A stretch of 64,000 nt of DNA. Origin: an uncultured Planctomycetaceae bacterium (GTDB taxonomy: Bacteria; Planctomycetota; Phycisphaerae; SM23-33). Of the stretch, positions 10,016 through 20,916 are shown piece by piece; position 1 is the stretch's first letter, and each line of letters begins with the position of its first letter. Position numbers and translations under genes: made by a program. The stretch spans positions 12,705 through 76,704 of the forward strand of contig CAZVYJ010000001.1 of NCBI GenBank assembly GCA_964631565.1, in the 5' to 3' direction. A model generated the notes under the pieces. That model did not search any database. It was not told where the DNA came from and was given only the letters and a program-made list of their open reading frames with translations.

Positions 10016-10055
10016 CTGGTTGATTTGTTAACCGTTTAACCGGACAATCAACCAG
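10016..10055. repeat. perfect 10-bp inverted repeat (CTGGTTGATT / AATCAACCAG) flanking a 20-nt spacer containing direct repeat TTAACCG-TTTAACCG
   Basis: Read directly: ctggttgatt tgttaaccgtttaaccggac aatcaaccag. Lies 53 nt after the stop of the 8056 gene, in a 358-nt intergenic region. Confidence 0.6.
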
Positions 10056-10321
10056 TCAGCAAATCAGTCAGTTTGGGTAGGTTGATCATCAAATCCGTCT
10101 GGTTCTTTAGATAATTATTACAGGGTTCCGGAACTTCTTCGGCAGTTGTGCGTCTTATATTCGGCTGAGCCTGATACAGGTTACTTACCGACTATAGTAA
10201 GCGTCAAAAGTCTTTTCGCGTTACCGGCAACGCCCGTCCCTGAGGGGCTGGCAAAAAACCTCACCCGGCGGAAAAAACTATTGGCAGGCATTCTAAAACT
10301 CTTGCGAAAGGAGATAATGCA

Positions 10322-11567
10322 CATGAAACTCCGAAACACCATACTGCTTCTTTTGGCCGCTTCCATTCTGGTTTTGCCGGCGGCTGCGACGGCGCGCGTG
10401 AAACTGGCGGCCCTTCCGCAGCGCGAGCGCGTCGAAATCCAGCTCGATAACGGCATGTATACGCTGGTCGAGGAAGAGCGCATCGTTCCGCTGCTCAAGT
10501 CGACGGCCGAGGCCGGAAACAACAAAATCGATTTCAGCTGGTCGAACACCCAGATCGACAAGGATTCGATCCTGTTCCGCCCGATAGCCGTCAGCGAAGA
10601 CGGCAAGTTCCGCCCGGTGAAGACCGACGGCGACAAGCCGGAGGTGAGCGTGATAAACGTCGCCTACCCGCCGGGCGAGAACGCCCTTGTGTGGGAAGTC
10701 TACGCAGCCGAAGCCTGCGCCGTTAAAGTGCGGGTCAGCTACCTCATCAACAACCTGAGCCGCTCGTTCTCGTACCGCGTGCTGGCAAACAAGGACGAGA
10801 CCGTCCTGACCCTGAAAAACTACATCCAGCTCAGCAACTACTCCGGAGAGGAGTTCGGCACATCCGGCGTATGGGCTGGGTTCGGACCGTCGTTCATGAA
10901 GGAAATCGGCTACCAGGAAGACGTCAAGATGCTCATCAGGAGCTTCAAGGACGTGCCCATCGAGAAGACCTACACCTACGACTGGTACGTCAACGGGCCG
11001 CTCAACCCGGACAAGCCGTTCGCTTCCAAGGTGGTCATGCACTACAAGCTCATCAACGATGAGAAGCACAATCTGGGCGAATTCCCGCTGCAGCCCGGCA
11101 AGGCCAGGATATTCATTCAGGACGGCCGCGGCGGAGAGGCGTTCCTCGGAGAGGACTGGGCTTCGCTTACCCCGCTGGACGGCAAGATGAAGCTTTATCT
11201 CGGCGAGGCCCGCGACGTGGTCTGCACGCGGACGATCCAGGATAACAAGCGACACGAAGTCCGCGGCAACCTGTTCAACCAGGAAATCACCATCAAGTAC
11301 GAAATCGAGAACTTCAAGGACAAGCCGGTCACTCTCGACATCATCGAGCGGATGAACAACATCGCCCAGCAGTACGGCAGCGACCCGCACGGCGACGCGG
11401 AGTGGACGGTCGGCGACAACACCTCCAAGAACATCAAGTTCGACTATGAATACGGCGGCGCGACGCCTACGCTGAAGGTCGAGCTGCCGGCCCGGCCGAA
11501 AAACCCGGATGAAAAAGTCCAGAAACTCACGTTCACGTTCCACTTCACCATAAAGAACCTCTGGTAA
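10322..11567 (+). CDS. secreted hypothetical protein, paralog 1 of tandem triplet
   Basis: aaggag RBS 10 nt before ATG at 10322 (ORF-track start 10146 rejected). Signal peptide MKLRNTILLLLAASILVLPAAATA. Shares architecture and motifs (IDFSWSNTQIDKDSILFRP...) with the next two genes at ~35% identity. Confidence 0.65.
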
Positions 11568-11593
11568 GCGGCAGGGAAGAAAGGAGAAATGTC

Positions 11594-12946
11594 ATGAAAC
11601 GCAATGCGATTATGATGACGCTGCTTCTGGCCGCCCTTGCCGCCACGGCGCCGGCCGAGAACGTGGACCTGGTCACGCTGCCCAGCCGCGACACGGTGCA
11701 GCTGACCATCTACAACTCCGAGGACATCACGCTGGTCAAGGAGACACGCAACGTCACGCTGAAAAAAGGCTCCAACAAGATTCAATTTTCGTGGGCAGGC
11801 ACGCTTATCGATCCCACGAGCGTGGAATTCCGCCCGCTGACGCATGTTGATGAAATTGAATTGTCCGACACCGTATTCCCCGGCCAGAAGCCCCAGCACT
11901 TAATCTGGAATATCGACTCCAAGTTTGAGGGCGAAGTGAAGGTCGAGGTCAGCTACTTCACCAGCGGCCTGACATGGACGATGGACTACGTCGCCACCTG
12001 CGACCCGGCCGAGGAGAAGATGCAGCTTCGCGGCTATGTTCGCGTATTCAATAATTCCGGCGAGGAATACGAGAACGCCGAGGTGCATCTGATTGTCGGC
12101 ACGATAAACCTCGTCGAGAAGATAGCCGACCTCGCCCGCCGCCAGGGCATACAAGTACCACAGCGGGGCACGGCAGAGCATGAAAGGTTGAGAAAACAGG
12201 TCACATTGGAGGCTGCGGACAAGGCTGAAGAGGTTGCATTTGCGGCGCCTGCTGCCTCAATGCCGCCGAAGATAGTCAAGGAAGGCCTGAGCGAGTACTT
12301 CATGTTCTCCATAGAAGGCACGGAGACTATTCCCGACGGCTGGTCGAAACGCATGGAAGCCGTAAAGGCCGACGACGCCAAGTTCGAAATACTTTACCGC
12401 ATGCGGGACTTCCAGTACGGTCCGCGGCCGGTGCGATTCTTCATCTGGCGGAACGACGATGAGCACAAGCTCGGCGAGTCGCCGCTGCCTGACGGCCGCG
12501 TGCGCATCTTCCGCGAAAACGGCAAGGACGGCCTGAGTTTCCTCGGTGAGCAGCAGATCCGCTACGTGCCGATAAAGGCTGAGATTGAAGTCAACCTCGG
12601 CGCTGACGACCTTGTCGTCTACGAGACTCGCAAGATGTCCTCAGAGCGGCTGAACTTCCACTTCCACTGGGTTGATAATCACGAGTACGTGGACGGCTGG
12701 GACGAGAAATGCCAGTGGCTGGACACCGTCCGCAACTACCGCACCAAGCCGATAAAGTTCGAGCTTCGCCGCCGCTGGCTTGGCGATGTCGATTACACGT
12801 CTGAAGTCGCGACGACGCTGTTCGACTTCAACACGATAGAGACGACCATCGACATCGGCGCCCGCGACAAGAAAGACTATCCCTGCACGGTAATCACACA
12901 CTACGGCACCAACAAGAAGCAGGAACAGATAAGGATAGGCAAATGA
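11594..12946 (+). CDS. secreted hypothetical protein, paralog 2
   Basis: aaggagaaatgtc ATG. Signal peptide MKRNAIMMTLLLAALAATAPA. ~93% nt identity to paralog 3 apart from a replaced central cassette. Confidence 0.75.
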   Translation: MKRNAIMMTLLLAALAATAPAENVDLVTLPSRDTVQLTIYNSEDITLVKETRNVTLKKGSNKIQFSWAGTLIDPTSVEFRPLTHVDEIELSDTVFPGQKPQHLIWNIDSKFEGEVKVEVSYFTSGLTWTMDYVATCDPAEEKMQLRGYVRVFNNSGEEYENAEVHLIVGTINLVEKIADLARRQGIQVPQRGTAEHERLRKQVTLEAADKAEEVAFAAPAASMPPKIVKEGLSEYFMFSIEGTETIPDGWSKRMEAVKADDAKFEILYRMRDFQYGPRPVRFFIWRNDDEHKLGESPLPDGRVRIFRENGKDGLSFLGEQQIRYVPIKAEIEVNLGADDLVVYETRKMSSERLNFHFHWVDNHEYVDGWDEKCQWLDTVRNYRTKPIKFELRRRWLGDVDYTSEVATTLFDFNTIETTIDIGARDKKDYPCTVITHYGTNKKQEQIRIGK

Positions 12947-14304
12947 AAACGCAGATATGGATTACATCCGTGCTGCTCCTGACCGCCCTCGCCGCAGCGA
13001 CGCATGCCGCGAACGTGGACCTGGTCACGCTGCCCAGCCGCGACACGGTGCAACTGACCATCTACAACTCCGAGGATATTACGCTGGTCAAGGAGACACG
13101 CAATATCACGCTGAAGAAGGGCATGAATAAAATTCAGTTTTCATGGGCAGGCACGCTTATTGACCCGACGAGTGTGGAGTTCCGCCCGCTGACGCATGTT
13201 GATGAAATTGAATTGGCGGATACCGTATTTCCCGGCCAGAAGCCCCAGCACCTGATATGGAACATCGACTCGAAGTTTGAGGGTGAGGTGAAGGTTGAAG
13301 TGAGCTACTTCACCAGCGGCCTGACATGGACGATGGACTACGTCGCCACCTGCGACCCGGCCGAGGAGAAGATGCAGCTTCGCGGCTATGTTCGCGTGTT
13401 CAACAATTCCGGCGAGGAATACGAGAACGCCGAAGTCCGTCTTATTGTCGGCACGATAAATCTCGTCGAGAAGATAGCCGACCTCGCTCGCCGCAAGGGA
13501 ATACCCGTACCTCTTGAAGACAGTAAAGATTATAACGAAATGAAGAGAGGCGCCATAACAAAGAGCATCACCAGGTCAGAACGGGAATTCGATGGCGACA
13601 TGATTGAGGGAAAAAAGCCGCATGGGATAGTCAAGGAAGGCCTGAGCGAGTACTTCATGTTCTCGATAGAGGGCACGGAGACCATCCCCAACGGCTGGTC
13701 GAAACGCATGCAGGCGGTGAAGGCCGACGACGCGAAGTTCGACATACTTTACCGCATGCGTGACTTCCAGTACGGCCCGCGGCCGGTACGTTTCTTCATC
13801 TGGCGCAACGATGAGGAGCACAAGCTCGGCGAGTCGCCTCTGCCTGACGGCCGCGTACGCATCTTCCGCGAAAACGGCAAGGACGGCCTGAGCTTCCTCG
13901 GCGAGCAGCAGATACGCTACGTGCCGATAAAGGCTGAGATTGAAGTCAACCTCGGCGCTGACGACCTTGTCGTCTACGAGACCCGCAAGATGTCCTCTGA
14001 GCGGCTGAACTTCCACTTCCGATGGTCGGGCAGCAGGGAATGCGTGGACGGCTGGGACGAGAAATGCGCCTGGCTGGACACGGTCCGCAACTACCGCACC
14101 AAGCCGATAAGATTCGAGCTTCGCCGCCGCTGGCTTGGCGATGTCGATTACACGTCCGAAGTGACGACGACGCTGTTCGACTTCAACACGATTCAGACGA
14201 CCATCGACATCGGCGCCCGCGACAAGAAGGATTACCCCTGCACGGTGGTCACTCATTATGGAGTCAACAGCAAGCAGAACAGGATAAATCTCAGGAAAGA
14301 TTGA
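12943..14304 (+). CDS. secreted hypothetical protein, paralog 3
   Basis: ATGA overlap with the stop of paralog 2. Signal peptide [22 protein letters not shown]. Near-identical to paralog 2 outside 13494-13628. Confidence 0.75.
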   Translation: MKTQIWITSVLLLTALAAATHAANVDLVTLPSRDTVQLTIYNSEDITLVKETRNITLKKGMNKIQFSWAGTLIDPTSVEFRPLTHVDEIELADTVFPGQKPQHLIWNIDSKFEGEVKVEVSYFTSGLTWTMDYVATCDPAEEKMQLRGYVRVFNNSGEEYENAEVRLIVGTINLVEKIADLARRKGIPVPLEDSKDYNEMKRGAITKSITRSEREFDGDMIEGKKPHGIVKEGLSEYFMFSIEGTETIPNGWSKRMQAVKADDAKFDILYRMRDFQYGPRPVRFFIWRNDEEHKLGESPLPDGRVRIFRENGKDGLSFLGEQQIRYVPIKAEIEVNLGADDLVVYETRKMSSERLNFHFRWSGSRECVDGWDEKCAWLDTVRNYRTKPIRFELRRRWLGDVDYTSEVTTTLFDFNTIQTTIDIGARDKKDYPCTVVTHYGVNSKQNRINLRKD

Positions 14305-14737
14305 TGGCGTCAGGCAGTGTTTCGACGAATGCGCGTATTTCGTCCCTGACGCGGCGGTAACAATTGAGAATCTCTTCTTCACTGTCGGCGGACTCAGCCA
14401 GCTTTGGGGGGTCGTCGAAGCCGACGTGAATCACGCGAACGCTGCCCGGGAAAACCGGGCAGTGCTCGTTTGCATGTCCGCACAATGTCACCACGCAGTC
14501 GAATTTCACGCCGGCCAGCTCGTCGACGTGCTTGGACCGCTGGGCCGATATGTCCACGCCCGCCTCGGCCATCACCTTCACCGCCCGCCCGTTCATGCCG
14601 TGCGTCTCGATGCCGGCCGAGTACGCCTCCAGGCAGTCGCCCTTGAGCTTCCTCGCCCAGCCCTCGGCCATCTGGCTGCGGCAGGAGTTGCCTGTGCAGA
14701 GAAACAGGATTTTCGTTTTTTTCTTACGTTCATTCAT
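14291..14737 (-). CDS. arsC: arsenate reductase, thioredoxin-coupled LMW-PTP family
   Basis: [27 protein letters not shown] (CX5R P-loop) and [15 protein letters not shown] (second/third Cys). ORF-track start at 14800 overlaps arsM, so the internal ATG is used; ATG at 14755 is an alternative. Confidence 0.85.
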   Translation of the reverse strand: MNERKKKTKILFLCTGNSCRSQMAEGWARKLKGDCLEAYSAGIETHGMNGRAVKVMAEAGVDISAQRSKHVDELAGVKFDCVVTLCGHANEHCPVFPGSVRVIHVGFDDPPKLAESADSEEEILNCYRRVRDEIRAFVETLPDAINLS

Positions 14738-14756
14738 CAGTTCACCACGAGTCATG

Positions 14757-15518
14757 CTATCGCAATGCCAGCACGGTAATGGAGGCGGCTGCGCCGGCAT
14801 TCGGGGCGGTTATCGGATCATCACAGGAATTGGACGCCTTGTAGGTATGGTCGCTGAGTATTTCCATTTTATCGAAGCCGGCGTCGCGGATAGCCTGCAG
14901 ATACTCATCCCGCAGCATCGCGCCGGCGATGCAGGCGGCGTAGAGGTCGGCGTCATTGTGGGCCGACTCCGGCAGCGGCCGGTTCAGCACGATGTCGCTG
15001 ACGATCATCCGCCCGCCGGGCTTCAGCACGCGGTAGACCTCACGGAATACCTGCGGTTTGTCCGGCGAGAGGTTGATGACGCAGTTGGAGATCACCACGT
15101 CCACGGAGGCGTCATCCACAGGCAGGTGCTCGATATGTCCTTCCCGGAACTCGACGTTGGCCAGACCAGTTGTCGTGAAGAACCTGACGGCATTTTTGCG
15201 GGCCAGTTCAAGCATCTCCGGTGTCATGTCCACGCCAATCGCCCGGCCTTCGTCGCCGACCTTATGGGCGGCCAGGAATACGTCCTTGCCTGCTCCGCTG
15301 CCGAGGTCCAGCACCACGTCGCCCTTGTTGATGTACCCGAACGCCAGCGGATTGCCGCACGACAGGCCCAGCTCCGACTCGGGCACGGGATGGTCGCTCA
15401 CGGTGTAGGCCTTGTCGTCGCAGCAGCAGGAGCTTTTCGAATCGCAGCATGAGGATTGCTTGCGGGCGACTTCGCCGTAAGCCTTCCGGACCAGTTCATG
15501 CGTTTTGTTTTTGGACAT
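14757..15518 (-). CDS. arsM: arsenite S-adenosylmethionine methyltransferase
   Basis: SAM motif [13 protein letters not shown]. Cys-rich N-terminus [23 protein letters not shown]. Typical ArsM length. Confidence 0.85.
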   Translation of the reverse strand: MSKNKTHELVRKAYGEVARKQSSCCDSKSSCCCDDKAYTVSDHPVPESELGLSCGNPLAFGYINKGDVVLDLGSGAGKDVFLAAHKVGDEGRAIGVDMTPEMLELARKNAVRFFTTTGLANVEFREGHIEHLPVDDASVDVVISNCVINLSPDKPQVFREVYRVLKPGGRMIVSDIVLNRPLPESAHNDADLYAACIAGAMLRDEYLQAIRDAGFDKMEILSDHTYKASNSCDDPITAPNAGAAASITVLALR

Positions 15519-15541
15519 ATACGCTTACCTTCACTTTCGGA

Positions 15542-16750
<1,209 letters not shown>

Positions 16751-16834
16751 ATCGCCAACCTTTCCTCTTCAGTGCGTCGGGAGTCGCCGGTGCGGAGAAA
16801 TCGGGATTTTAAACTTATCGCTCATGGTTTTTCC

Positions 16835-17206
16835 TCAGCAGGTTTTGTAATGCCTGCACAGTTCTTTGCGTGTCATCTTCCGGACGCATTTGAGTTTTTT
16901 GGCGTCTTCGCGAACGCGGCTGTCCTTGGCCAAGCATTCAATCGCCGCCGCCAAGATGGCGCGTACGCAAGGCGGGTCCGGTTTCTCGGTCAGGCTATAG
17001 TAAATCCACCGGCCGTCCTTGCGTGTTTCGACCAGGCCCGCCTGGTGCAGAATGGCCATATGCTTCGAGACAGTCGAGGGGGCCAGCTCCAGCAGCTCGA
17101 TGATCTGGCAGACGCACAGCTCACCGCCCGTAAGGGCCATCAAAGCCCGCACGCGGCCTTCGTCCGACAATGCTTTGGTGACAGTCAGAAACTCTCGCAC
17201 TTTCAT
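16835..17206 (-). CDS. arsR: ArsR/SmtB family metalloregulatory repressor
   Basis: wHTH domain with ELCVCQI metal(loid)-binding motif. RBS cggaga. First gene of arsR-acr3-arsM-arsC. Confidence 0.85.
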   Translation of the reverse strand: MKVREFLTVTKALSDEGRVRALMALTGGELCVCQIIELLELAPSTVSKHMAILHQAGLVETRKDGRWIYYSLTEKPDPPCVRAILAAAIECLAKDSRVREDAKKLKCVRKMTRKELCRHYKTC

Positions 17207-17231
17207 TCTCCGTTACTTCGCCATATAACGA

Positions 17232-17259
17232 ATTATAGACGCCCGCAGCCGGACGTCAA
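17232..17259 (-). promoter_or_regulatory. sigma70-like promoter (TTGACG-16 nt-TATAAT) for the arsR-acr3-arsM-arsC operon
   Basis: Minus-strand reading ttgacgtccggctgcgggcgtctataat ends ~25 nt upstream of the arsR ATG. Confidence 0.55.
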
Positions 17260-17333
17260 CGATAATTCATGATTTTTTCAGGACGGTCGCCGCCCGGTCT
17301 TCCGGATGCGGTCTTTCATTTTTTTTGCGTCCG

Positions 17334-18197
17334 CTATCTCAGAGCCGGGATCAGCAGCACCGGCACGGGCGCATGGCGGGCGACGTTGTGGCTGACGCTG
17401 CCCAGGAACACTTCGCCGAAGAAACCGCGTCCCTGGCTGCCCATGACGACCAGAGAGATATCGCCCCGGCGAGTGCGGCGGAGGATTTCCTCTGCGGGCA
17501 GGCCGTATGGCAGCTCGATCTGAACATCCTGCACACCCGTACCGGCCAGTGCTTCTTTCATCCGCTCCAGCCGCTCGCCGTCAATGGCGTTGAACTCTTC
17601 CAGTCGCTCTTTGAGATGGCGGTCGATCTTCGTGCGATCCTGGACGTGCATCAGGACAACCGACTTTACGCCGCCGACCAGCTTCCGGACGGTCTGGAAT
17701 GCATGCTCGGCGTTTTCCGAGAAATCCGTCGGGAACAGTACGCGGTCCGGGGAGGCCAGCGGACATTCTCGCCGACAATCCTTGTCCTCATGGATGCGTG
17801 CAACCAGCAGCGGCAGTCGGCAGCTGTGCAGCACATCTCCAGCCGCGCCGCCCAGGAACACCTCGCCGGCCAGACTGTGTACTCTCGATCCGATGACAAC
17901 AAGGTCGCAGTCTTTGTCCTTGGCGGCGCGGGTCACTTCCACGCGAGGGTCGCCCAGAAGAACTTCAGCGTCGGCCGTATAGCCCTGCGTTTCGAGTATC
18001 TTTCGGCAGCGGTCGAGATCGCCCTTGAGGATGTTTTCGACATTGGCCCGGACGCCTTGAACCTCGTGGAGGCGAAGGCAAAACGCCAGGACGACATGGT
18101 CGACGCCCAGGCTGCGCAGGCCGACCTTGCACTGGAGGAACTTCTCAGACGGCTCGCTGAGGTCCGACACGATCAACGCCTTCTTGAATATGCTCAT
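17334..18197 (-). CDS. tandem universal stress protein (2x UspA domain)
   Basis: Internal start MSIFKKALIVSDLSE (ORF-track 5-prime extension to 19001 overlaps the neighbouring gene and is rejected). Two Usp repeats; VVMGSQGRGFFGEVFLGSVSHNVARHAPVPVLLI is the classic UspA C-terminus. Confidence 0.8.
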   Translation of the reverse strand: MSIFKKALIVSDLSEPSEKFLQCKVGLRSLGVDHVVLAFCLRLHEVQGVRANVENILKGDLDRCRKILETQGYTADAEVLLGDPRVEVTRAAKDKDCDLVVIGSRVHSLAGEVFLGGAAGDVLHSCRLPLLVARIHEDKDCRRECPLASPDRVLFPTDFSENAEHAFQTVRKLVGGVKSVVLMHVQDRTKIDRHLKERLEEFNAIDGERLERMKEALAGTGVQDVQIELPYGLPAEEILRRTRRGDISLVVMGSQGRGFFGEVFLGSVSHNVARHAPVPVLLIPALR

Positions 18198-18217
18198 GCT
18201 CCGCCTCTCTCTCGGAA

Positions 18218-18928
18218 TCACAGCCTCAATCCATAGATGTGCGTCAGCGTGTAGTAGACGCCTACCGCGACGAAGATAATGCCGGTGATCAACCTGAACC
18301 ACCGTTCGATCATGGTCATGGCGCTGAACGCCTTGCCTACGTACTGGCTGGCGAAGGCGATGACCAGGGCGAAGGCGATAACCGGCACGGCTGTACCGAT
18401 GCCGTAGGCCACCGGCGGCAAAACCGTTGAGCCGTGCTCCAGCGAGATCACCAAGGCGCTGAGGAACAGGGCGATCGACGGCGGGCAGAAGGCCAGGGCG
18501 AACAGGATGCCCAGAGGCAAGGCCCAGATTGCGCCGCCCTTGGCGATGCGTTCCTGGAGCTTCGAGCCGCCAACGCCGATGGAGATGTTCAACTCGATCA
18601 GTCCGAGCAGGATCATTCCGATGAACAGCAGGGCCGGCCCCAAGGCCAGGTTCCCGTAATGCTGAAGGCCTCGGGAGGTCGGGCTGGCGTACTCCTTCAG
18701 GCTTCCCGCACCGCCGGTGGCGGCCTGAAACGCCCAGAGCAGCGCCACTCCCAGCCCCACATAGACCAGCGTGCGGCCGAGCGTGTACAGCGCGGCCGAC
18801 AGCAGCACACGCTTGGAGTTGCCGACGTTGCGGCTGAGAAACGAAATCGCCGCGATGTTCGTCGCCAGCGGACACGGGCTGACCGCCGTCAGCAGCCCGA
18901 ACCAGAAGACGCCCGCAAGGACCGCCAT
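18218..18928 (-). CDS. CcdA/DsbD-family transmembrane thiol-disulfide electron transporter (ArsG-like)
   Basis: Six TM helices with the SPCPL motif. GTG at 18937 would give GTGA overlap with the upstream stop; ATG at 18928 is used here. Confidence 0.75.
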   Translation of the reverse strand: MAVLAGVFWFGLLTAVSPCPLATNIAAISFLSRNVGNSKRVLLSAALYTLGRTLVYVGLGVALLWAFQAATGGAGSLKEYASPTSRGLQHYGNLALGPALLFIGMILLGLIELNISIGVGGSKLQERIAKGGAIWALPLGILFALAFCPPSIALFLSALVISLEHGSTVLPPVAYGIGTAVPVIAFALVIAFASQYVGKAFSAMTMIERWFRLITGIIFVAVGVYYTLTHIYGLRL

Positions 18929-18933
18929 GAAAC

Positions 18934-19404
18934 TCACTTGCCGCCTCCTTCCATGGCGGAGCGAATGCCCGTCCGCAGGTAGTCGGTGAGCCGGTCGGCA
19001 TTCGAGGCCAGTTCCATCACCTCATCCAGTCGCACGCGGGAGACCTCCTTGCCGTCCTCGAACCGCACTGCGATGACCATGTTTTCGCCGACGTTGTACT
19101 TGTCGGCCAGCGCTGCGTTCTCAGGCTCCAGGTAGTTCAGAGAGACGAATTCCATCGTGCCGGCGGCGACCGCTTCGGCGAACTCCTCTCGCACCAGTTT
19201 CTCAGCCGTCGTTTCGATGAAGGTGCAGGTTACGCAGGGAATGCCGTGCATGTAGTAGACCACGACTTTATTCTCGCCCGGCGCAACTGCCGGCTCCGGC
19301 GGGGCGGGAGCGTTGCGTAAGGCAATTTCCTTGCCGACGGCCACGCCGATGCTGACCAGCAGAAACGCCGTCAACAACTTGCCGATGATCTTCTTGAGCT
19401 TCAT
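18934..19404 (-). CDS. small exported CxxC protein (CVTC), paralog of 20414-20872; possible ArsF-family
   Basis: aaggag RBS. Signal anchor MKLKKIIGKLLTAFLLVSIGVAVG. VVVYYMHGIPCVTCTFIE motif shared with the paralog (VIVYYMHRTYRCPACREME). Confidence 0.6.
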   Translation of the reverse strand: MKLKKIIGKLLTAFLLVSIGVAVGKEIALRNAPAPPEPAVAPGENKVVVYYMHGIPCVTCTFIETTAEKLVREEFAEAVAAGTMEFVSLNYLEPENAALADKYNVGENMVIAVRFEDGKEVSRVRLDEVMELASNADRLTDYLRTGIRSAMEGGGK

Positions 19405-19413
19405 AGGGACTCC

Positions 19414-20364
19414 TTACTTCACGCCCATTTCCGCCATCTTCTTCTCCAACTCCTCCTGGGGCCAGAAACCGGTGTGGCGGAAAGCCTCCTTGCCGCTCGC
19501 GTCAAAGAAGATTTGCACCGGGATGGACTGGATTCCGTAGCGAGCGGCTAGTATCTGCTCCTCGCGCACGGACACGAAGATGACGTTCGCCTTGCCATCG
19601 TACTTTTTCTTCAGGGTCTCCAGGATGGGCGCCAGCATGTCGCAAGGCCGGCATCCCTTGGAACCGAAGTCCACCAGCGAGGGCTTGCCACTGGCGCGGG
19701 CCTTGTCCACCGGATTGTCCATCGCCAGTTCGGCCTGATGCTTCAGCCAAGGCGCGGCGACCTCAATAGTGACCCGCTGGCCGAGGGTCTGTATGTGCTT
19801 GTCCACGATCTCCTGTTGTTTCTGCTGCCGCAGAAACTTGGCGATGGCGTCCTTGACATCCGCCAGTTTACGGTCCCCAATCATATCTTTATTCTTCTCG
19901 TAGAACTCGGCCACCTCGGCGTCCGTGACCTTTACATCCGCAGTGAGCTTGTCAAAATACGCCTTGAGTAATTCCTGCTCGGAGAGCCCGGAGGTGTCCT
20001 TGCCTTCCTTGGCCGCGGCTGCCTTGGCTTCCGCAGCCAGCAGTTGCCGCGTGGCCATCTGCTCCAGCAGGAAGAAGGCGTTCTTGCGGAGTTGCTCACG
20101 CACGGTTTCCGGGGCCTTGGCGATCTCGGCATCAACGTCTTTCTGTGTAACCTTCAGATCATCGGCTTGCAGCAGGACGCCGTCTGGCAATTCCATCGGC
20201 CGGGCATGGACCAGAGCGGCGGACGCAAGATTAGGATAAACGTCCGACACGGACTTCGACTTCTCATCCTGTGCGGAACTCGGTTGCGTGGTCGCATCTT
20301 GCGCCAAAGCGCACGAAGCCATGAAGCCTATGGCGACTGCAGATATCATCAAACGAATAATCAT
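19414..20364 (-). CDS. periplasmic thioredoxin (CRPC) fused to an N-terminal SurA/PpiD-like chaperone-type domain
   Basis: Internal start MIIRLMISAVAIGFMASCALA (signal peptide). C-terminal LVDFGSKGCRPCDMLAPI is a thioredoxin fold. The N-terminal ~200 aa are helical, Lys/Glu-rich and SurA_N-like. Confidence 0.65.
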   Translation of the reverse strand: MIIRLMISAVAIGFMASCALAQDATTQPSSAQDEKSKSVSDVYPNLASAALVHARPMELPDGVLLQADDLKVTQKDVDAEIAKAPETVREQLRKNAFFLLEQMATRQLLAAEAKAAAAKEGKDTSGLSEQELLKAYFDKLTADVKVTDAEVAEFYEKNKDMIGDRKLADVKDAIAKFLRQQKQQEIVDKHIQTLGQRVTIEVAAPWLKHQAELAMDNPVDKARASGKPSLVDFGSKGCRPCDMLAPILETLKKKYDGKANVIFVSVREEQILAARYGIQSIPVQIFFDASGKEAFRHTGFWPQEELEKKMAEMGVK

Positions 20365-20413
20365 GGTAAAATACTCCCGCCAGCCGGAGGCTGACTTTAT
20401 TAAACTCGGCACG

Positions 20414-20872
20414 TCAGTTTGCTTTATCCAGGCGATCACGAATCGCCCCTGCGACGTACGCCTCAAATTCATCTGGTTTTTTATATAAATTCCATGTCTC
20501 TTCGAGTACTTCGTGCGATACCTCTTTTCCGTCGCGATATGAAACCAGAACCAATGAACTGGTGTTCAGTTCGTATCGCTCGGCTATATCTTCGTGCTCC
20601 TGGTAATTCAGGACTTGCCACTGCACTTTCCCCGAAGCCAACTCGTTGGCGAACTTGTCCTGGACCACGTAGTGGGCCATTTCTTCCATCTCCCGACACG
20701 CGGGGCAGCGGTATGTCCGGTGCATGTAATAAACAATGACACTGTTGGATGGAGCGGCTGCGCCTGAATCGCCGGCCTTGCCGGAATTCCCGGAATCTGA
20801 TGTCTCCGTCGCACAGCTGGTCAGCATCATGCCGAACAGTCCAAAGATCGCCGCCTTAACCAATACTTTCAT
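20414..20872 (-). CDS. small CxxC lipoprotein (CPAC), paralog of 18934-19404
   Basis: Lipobox MKVLVKAAIFGLFGMMLTSC and YYMHRTYRCPACREMEEMAHYV. Confidence 0.6.
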   Translation of the reverse strand: MKVLVKAAIFGLFGMMLTSCATETSDSGNSGKAGDSGAAAPSNSVIVYYMHRTYRCPACREMEEMAHYVVQDKFANELASGKVQWQVLNYQEHEDIAERYELNTSSLVLVSYRDGKEVSHEVLEETWNLYKKPDEFEAYVAGAIRDRLDKAN

Positions 20873-20916
20873 GGTTTGTCTCTTTCTTGTTTGTTAACAA
20901 AGTGTTTACCTGGCGA

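Noticed and set aside
10293-11543. 416-aa minus-strand ORF opposite paralog 1 (also 13576-14382 opposite paralog 3)
   Set aside because: Antisense to well-supported signal-peptide genes. Composition typical of high-GC reverse-frame artefacts.
17334-19001. 555-aa ORF-track extension upstream of the UspA gene
   Set aside because: The 5-prime 267 codons overlap the CcdA-like gene in another frame and encode Arg/Gly/Pro low-complexity sequence. The internal ATG (MSIFKK) with UspA homology begins right after the CcdA stop.
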